Assembly: GCA_963719085.1 (NCBI GenBank)
Contig: CAVRAL010000005.1
Coordinates: 162,442 to 226,441, forward strand
DNA: 64,000 nucleotides
Direction: 5' to 3'
From: a candidate division FCPU426 bacterium
GTDB taxonomy: Bacteria; Oederibacteriota; Muellerivitia; Muellerivitales; Muellerivitaceae
A program made the position numbers and the translations under genes. Under the pieces are notes generated by a model. It ran no database searches, was not told where the DNA came from, and saw only the letters and a list, made by a program, of their open reading frames with translations. Positions 59,659-64,000 of this stretch are shown piece by piece (the first letter of the stretch is position 1; each line of letters starts with the position of its first letter).

Positions 59659-62600
59659 TATTTCACCACCGCGATTTTAAGCAGCAGCTTGGCGCCGTTC
59701 ACGTCAAGCTGGGCGAAATAGATTCCGTTCAACACCAGGCTGCCCATCCCGTTTTCACCGTCCCACGGGACTCGTTGAATCCCCGCGGGCAAGGCGGCGT
59801 TTTTAAGTAAAGAACGAACCCGGTTGCCCATGACATCGTAAATCTCCAAGGAAACGGTCGAGGCGGTTTGCAAATTAAACTCGATGGTCGTGGGCTCGCT
59901 TCCGGCGTGGAAAGGATTGGGATAGTTGCCGTAGGTCTTTGCCAGCTCGCCGTCGGTGAAAACCATCACGCCGGAAACCATGGGGAACCCGGTGGGATCA
60001 CCCACCGTGGAAATCGAGACTGTCCCGCTGGGCACATCATTGGCCGTAATGGCGGCGCTGTTGGCGATTGAGAACTTGAGGGTTTGCGCCGTGACCGTTG
60101 GCGCGACATCCGCGAACAGGGTCACCGGCAAGACCGTACCCGTCACGGAAATCGGGGCGTTTAAGGCGGCCAAAGCCGAGCTGTTCCCCGTGACATTCAA
60201 AGGAAAGGCCCCTCCCGCGTAGGACAGGCCTAAAGTCGTGAAAGCCGAATTGACCGGCACATCGGCGCCGGACTGATCCGTCGCGTGAACCGTCAAACTG
60301 CTCACCAGGATGGTCTGCTGTCCAACCGGTACCTGCATATTGAAGGTAAAAATCGTCAAATTCGTTTGCCCTAATATCACGTCGGAAATGTTCGGCGAGG
60401 CGTGAACCAGGTTCAGGTCCGGACTGGAAGCCGCGCCTAAAACCGTGGCCTGGTCGCTAAACCAGGTGACGGCCGAGCTAAAAGGATCAATGCCGCCGAT
60501 TCTAGGCGTACCCGCGTTATAGAACTGCACCGGACCCGAAGCCGTTCCCGAGACTAAAGTCACCGGATCTTCCGGGGTGTTGTCCGTACTGGTCAAGGTG
60601 ATCGCCCCATTAAAGGTCACCGGGTTAAAATAAGCGTCCACGGCGTTGACTGTCACATTCACTGGATTATCCGCGACGATTTGTCCCACACCTCCCACAT
60701 GTCCGCTGGCGTCAGCCGTAGGACGTCCCGGATCGGAAACCTGGCCCGGGAAAAGAATTTGAAGCTGCGAGTAAGGCCCGGGAGCGATCGAGACACCCGA
60801 AGACGCGCTGGGAACCGGCAAGGCCGCGCTCGCGGTCAGGGTGATTGAAGCGGCTTTGTCATCGGTGTAATTGACGATCGTTTGACTCATACCCGTCGGC
60901 ATCACGAACGAGGAAGGATTGATCACAAACTCACCCGAGGAATTCGAGGCGACATTGACGGAAAGACTGGAGGTTGCCGTCACCGGAGTGGAGGACGCGC
61001 TTTGAAGCTGGAGGGTCACCGGCGCCGCCACACCGGCCGTGAAGTGGCCGATCGGATGTAAAAAGACCAATTGGTTCATGGGAACGGAAGTCGGGGTCGA
61101 GGTTAAAGTGACCGTCGGCGTCGGGGTGGCCGTGGTGGTCAAGGTGACTGTCGGCGTCCAAGTGGGAGTGGCCGTGGGAGTGAAGGTCGGGGTAAAGGTC
61201 AAGGTCACCGTCGGCGTAAAGGTTAAGGTCACCGTGGGAGTCATGGTCGGCGTGAAGCTCGGCGTGCTGGTCGGGGTAAACGTCAAGGTCACCGTCGGCG
61301 TAAAGGTCAACGTAATCGTCGGCGTGAAGCTCGGCGTAAACGTCGGCGTGGCCGTCGGCGTAAAGGTTAAGGTCACCGTCGGGGTGGTCGTGGGGGTAAA
61401 GCTAGGCGTGGGCGTCGCCGCCGCCACCGTATGCGTGTTCCCGTTTATCGGGCTTCCCTGCGCGCTCAATGCCACCCCGCTCACCTGCGCGAAGGCCCCG
61501 ATATCCGCCGGCGAAATCGACTCCAGGAAGTTCCCGCCATTCTGCGAGCTTAGGTCAAACACCAACAACAGCGTCACCGGTGTCGCCGGCGTCACGGATA
61601 AAGTCGTCAGGTTCGTGAAGGCCGCTTTCCCCCCGCTAAAACCACCCAGGGTGGCGATAGGCCCCGGCCCGCTTCCGTTATACAGCCCGCCCGTTTCGTT
61701 CGACCCCGTGTCCGCGTAAAGCCTCACGTTCAAGGCGTCCGTATTCGAGTTCATCGTTCCGCCCGCCGTAAAGGTCACTCCCGACACCGACACCGCCTGG
61801 TTCCCCGTCGCCGACAACACCACCTGGATGCTCGTCACATTCGTCTGGTCGAATACATAAGCTTGCGACGAGGGCTTCGCGTTCCAAGACAGGCTCAAGG
61901 TCGATCCCGGCGTGCTCGTCGTCGTGGGCGTCAGCGTCACCGTTAATGTCACCGTCGGGGTGCTCGTAAACGACGGCGTCCAAGTCGGCGTTAAAGTCGG
62001 CGTCAAGGTCACCGTCGGCGTGAATGTCGGCGTAAACGTCAGGGTTTCCGTCGGGGTAAAGGTCAAGGTCACCGTCGGCGTAAAGCTCGGCGTATCGGTC
62101 GGCGTCAAGGTTACGGTCGGCGTATCCGTCGGCGTGAAGCTCGGCGTGCTGGTCGGGGTAAACGTCAAGGTCACCGTCGGCGTAAAGGTCAACGTAATCG
62201 TCGGCGTGAAGCTCGGCGTAAACGTCGGCGTGGCCGTCGGCGTAAAGGTTAAGGTCACCGTCGGGGTGGTCGTGGGGGTAAAGCTAGGCGTGGGCGTCGC
62301 CGCCGCCACCGTATGCGTGTTCCCGTTTATCGGGCTTCCCTGCGCGCTCAATGCCACCCCGCTCACCTGCGCGAAGGCCCCGATATCCGCCGGCGAAATC
62401 GACTCCAGGAAGTTCCCGCCATTCTGCGAGCTTAGGTCAAACACCAACAACAGCGTCACCGGTGTCGCCGGCGTCACGGATAAAGTCGTCAGGTTCGTGA
62501 AGGCCGCTTTCCCCCCGCTAAAACCACCCAGGGTGGCGATAGGCCCCGGCCCGCTTCCGTTATACAGCCCGCCCGTTTCGTTCGACCCCGTGTCCGCGTA

Positions 62601-64000
62601 AAGCCTCACGTTCAAGGCGTCCGTATTCGAGTTCATCGTTCCGCCCGCCGTAAAGGTCACTCCCGACACCGACACCGCCTGGTTCCCCGTCGCCGACAAC
62701 ACCACCTGGATGCTCGTCACATTCGTCTGGTCGAATACATAAGCTTGCGACGAGGGCTTCGCGTTCCAAGACAGGCTCAAGGTCGATCCCGGCGTGCTCG
62801 TCGTCGTGGGCGTCAGCGTCACCGTTAATGTCACCGTCGGGGTGCTCGTAAACGACGGCGTCCAAGTCGGCGTTAAAGTCGGCGTCAAGGTCACCGTCGG
62901 CGTGAATGTCGGCGTAAACGTCGGGGTTTGCGTCGGGGTAAAGGTCAAGGTCACCGTCGGCGTAAAGCTCGGCGTATCGGTCGGCGTCAAGGTGACGGTC
63001 GGCGTATCCGTCGGCGTGAAGCTCGGCGTAAAGCTCGGGGTAAACGTCAAGGTCACCGTCGGCGTAAAGGTCAACGTAATCGTCGGCGTGAAGCTCGGCG
63101 TAAACGTCGGCGTGGCCGTCGGCGTAAAGGTTAAGGTCACCGTCGGGGTGGTCGTGGGGGTAAAGCTAGGCGTGGGCGTCGCCGCCGCCACCGTATGCGT
63201 GTTCCCGTTTATCGGGCTTCCCTGCGCGCTCAATGCCACCCCGCTCACCTGCGCGAAGGCCCCGATATCCGCCGGCGAAATCGACTCCAGGAAGTTCCCG
63301 CCATTCTGCGAGCTTAGGTCAAACACCAACAACAGCGTCACCGGTGTCGCCGGCGTCACGGATAAAGTCGTCAGGTTCGTGAAGGCCGCTTTCCCCCCGC
63401 TAAAACCACCCAGGGTGGCGATAGGCCCCGGCCCGCTTCCGTTATACAGCCCGCCCGTTTCGTTCGACCCCGTGTCCGCGTAAAGCCTCACGTTCAAGGC
63501 GTCCGTATTCGAGTTCATCGTTCCGCCCGCCGTAAAGGTCACTCCCGACACCGACACCGGCTGGTTCCCCGTCGCCGACAGCACCACCTGGATGCTCGTC
63601 ACATTCGTCTGGTCGAACACATAAGCTTGCGACGAGGGCTTCGCGTTCCAAGACAGGCTCAAGGTCGATCCCGGCGTGCTCGTCGTCGTGGGCGTCAGCG
63701 TCACCGTTAATGTCACCGTCGGGGTGCTCGTAAACGACGGCGTCCAAGTCGGCGTTAAAGTCGGCGTCAAGGTCACCGTCGGCGTGAATGTCGGCGTAAA
63801 CGTCGGGGTTTGCGTCGGGGTAAAGGTCAAGGTCACCGTCGGCGTAAAGCTCGGCGTATCGGTCGGCGTCAAGGTGACGGTCGGCGTATCCGTCGGCGTG
63901 AAGCTCGGCGTAAAGCTCGGGGTAAACGTCAAGGTCACCGTCGGCGTAAAGGTCAGCGTAATCGTCGGCGTGAAGCTCGGCGTAAACGTCGGCGTGGCCG
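59658..64000 (-). CDS. Large Thr/Pro-rich repeat surface protein with C-terminal FlgD-Ig/T9SS type-A-like sorting domain; 5' end outside the window
   Basis: (T.TPT)n linkers, repeated beta-rich domains; C-terminal NYPNPF...IYDVMG..VR.L...WDG...NGIY...KIAVVK. Confidence 0.88.
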   Translation of the reverse strand, partial: ATPTFTPSFTPTITLTFTPTVTLTFTPSFTPSFTPTDTPTVTLTPTDTPSFTPTVTLTFTPTQTPTFTPTFTPTVTLTPTLTPTWTPSFTSTPTVTLTVTLTPTTTSTPGSTLSLSWNAKPSSQAYVFDQTNVTSIQVVLSATGNQPVSVSGVTFTAGGTMNSNTDALNVRLYADTGSNETGGLYNGSGPGPIATLGGFSGGKAAFTNLTTLSVTPATPVTLLLVFDLSSQNGGNFLESISPADIGAFAQVSGVALSAQGSPINGNTHTVAAATPTPSFTPTTTPTVTLTFTPTATPTFTPSFTPTITLTFTPTVTLTFTPSFTPSFTPTDTPTVTLTPTDTPSFTPTVTLTFTPTQTPTFTPTFTPTVTLTPTLTPTWTPSFTSTPTVTLTVTLTPTTTSTPGSTLSLSWNAKPSSQAYVFDQTNVTSIQVVLSATGNQAVSVSGVTFTAGGTMNSNTDALNVRLYADTGSNETGGLYNGSGPGPIATLGGFSGGKAAFTNLTTLSVTPATPVTLLLVFDLSSQNGGNFLESISPADIGAFAQVSGVALSAQGSPINGNTHTVAAATPTPSFTPTTTPTVTLTFTPTATPTFTPSFTPTITLTFTPTVTLTFTPTSTPSFTPTDTPTVTLTPTDTPSFTPTVTLTFTPTETLTFTPTFTPTVTLTPTLTPTWTPSFTSTPTVTLTVTLTPTTTSTPGSTLSLSWNAKPSSQAYVFDQTNVTSIQVVLSATGNQAVSVSGVTFTAGGTMNSNTDALNVRLYADTGSNETGGLYNGSGPGPIATLGGFSGGKAAFTNLTTLSVTPATPVTLLLVFDLSSQNGGNFLESISPADIGAFAQVSGVALSAQGSPINGNTHTVAAATPTPSFTPTTTPTVTLTFTPTATPTFTPSFTPTITLTFTPTVTLTFTPTSTPSFTPTMTPTVTLTFTPTVTLTFTPTFTPTATPTWTPTVTLTTTATPTPTVTLTSTPTSVPMNQLVFLHPIGHFTAGVAAPVTLQLQSASSTPVTATSSLSVNVASNSSGEFVINPSSFVMPTGMSQTIVNYTDDKAASITLTASAALPVPSASSGVSIAPGPYSQLQILFPGQVSDPGRPTADASGHVGGVGQIVADNPVNVTVNAVDAYFNPVTFNGAITLTSTDNTPEDPVTLVSGTASGPVQFYNAGTPRIGGIDPFSSAVTWFSDQATVLGAASSPDLNLVHASPNISDVILGQTNLTIFTFNMQVPVGQQTILVSSLTVHATDQSGADVPVNSAFTTLGLSYAGGAFPLNVTGNSSALAALNAPISVTGTVLPVTLFADVAPTVTAQTLKFSIANSAAITANDVPSGTVSISTVGDPTGFPMVSGVMVFTDGELAKTYGNYPNPFHAGSEPTTIEFNLQTASTVSLEIYDVMGNRVRSLLKNAALPAGIQRVPWDGENGMGSLVLNGIYFAQLDVNGAKLLLKIAVVK
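61250..64000. repeat. Near-identical 882-bp (294-aa) intragenic tandem repeat, at least 3 copies
   Basis: CCGTATGCGTGTTCCCG recurs at about 61427, 62309 and 63191; few differences (e.g. QPVSVS vs QAVSVS). Confidence 0.95.

Noticed and set aside
61039..63747. Val/Gly-rich plus-strand ORFs and repeated 101-aa alternative-frame ORFs
   Set aside because: By-products of the Thr/Pro codon repeats in the surface-protein gene.

Overview
About 64 kb from a diderm bacterium, judged by the many beta-barrel OMPs and lipoproteins. The PorV-like barrel, Thr/Pro-repeat FlgD/T9SS-type cargo and NHL lipoproteins suggest an FCB-related or uncultured candidate lineage such as FCPU426 (inference only). (1) 1-29.8 kb looks like one sigma-54 general-stress/envelope regulon. 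It has six -24/-12 promoters (GG-N10-GC, all ending CTTGCT), each near a shared ATCA-N3-TGAT palindrome, around a XylR-N/V4R enhancer-binding protein that lacks the usual phenol-binding His. Targets: cardiolipin synthase, TIR-like/Zn-ribbon protein, SRPBCC, porin, two YceI, DUF4403, AI-2E, LysM, Dps, rubredoxin-like microprotein, GlsB, small OMPs, rhodanese, degenerate pirin, PRC-barrel, aldehyde dehydrogenase, DUF2934, a 2931-aa cyclic beta-1,2-glucan synthase, PLDc_N and BON. (2) 29.8-36.3 kb: AraC-linked aldehyde/redox detox cluster and a peroxiredoxin-like gene, ending at tRNA-Glu. (3) 36.5-50.8 kb: M16 peptidase pair, NHL lipoproteins, ArsR-trxA-qor-otsB, second pirin, STAS, hydrolase/MFS, second LysM, tRNA-Gln. 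(4) 51-64 kb: GNAT, gltX, PilZ, and a tightly coupled operon encoding a giant repeat surface protein, PorV-TPR, an RsbW-kinase/TM/HAMP/PP2C/HTH fusion, STAS and a TPR protein. No CRISPR array, rRNA or intact mobile element was seen. All family calls come from recognising motifs by eye; no database searches were run.
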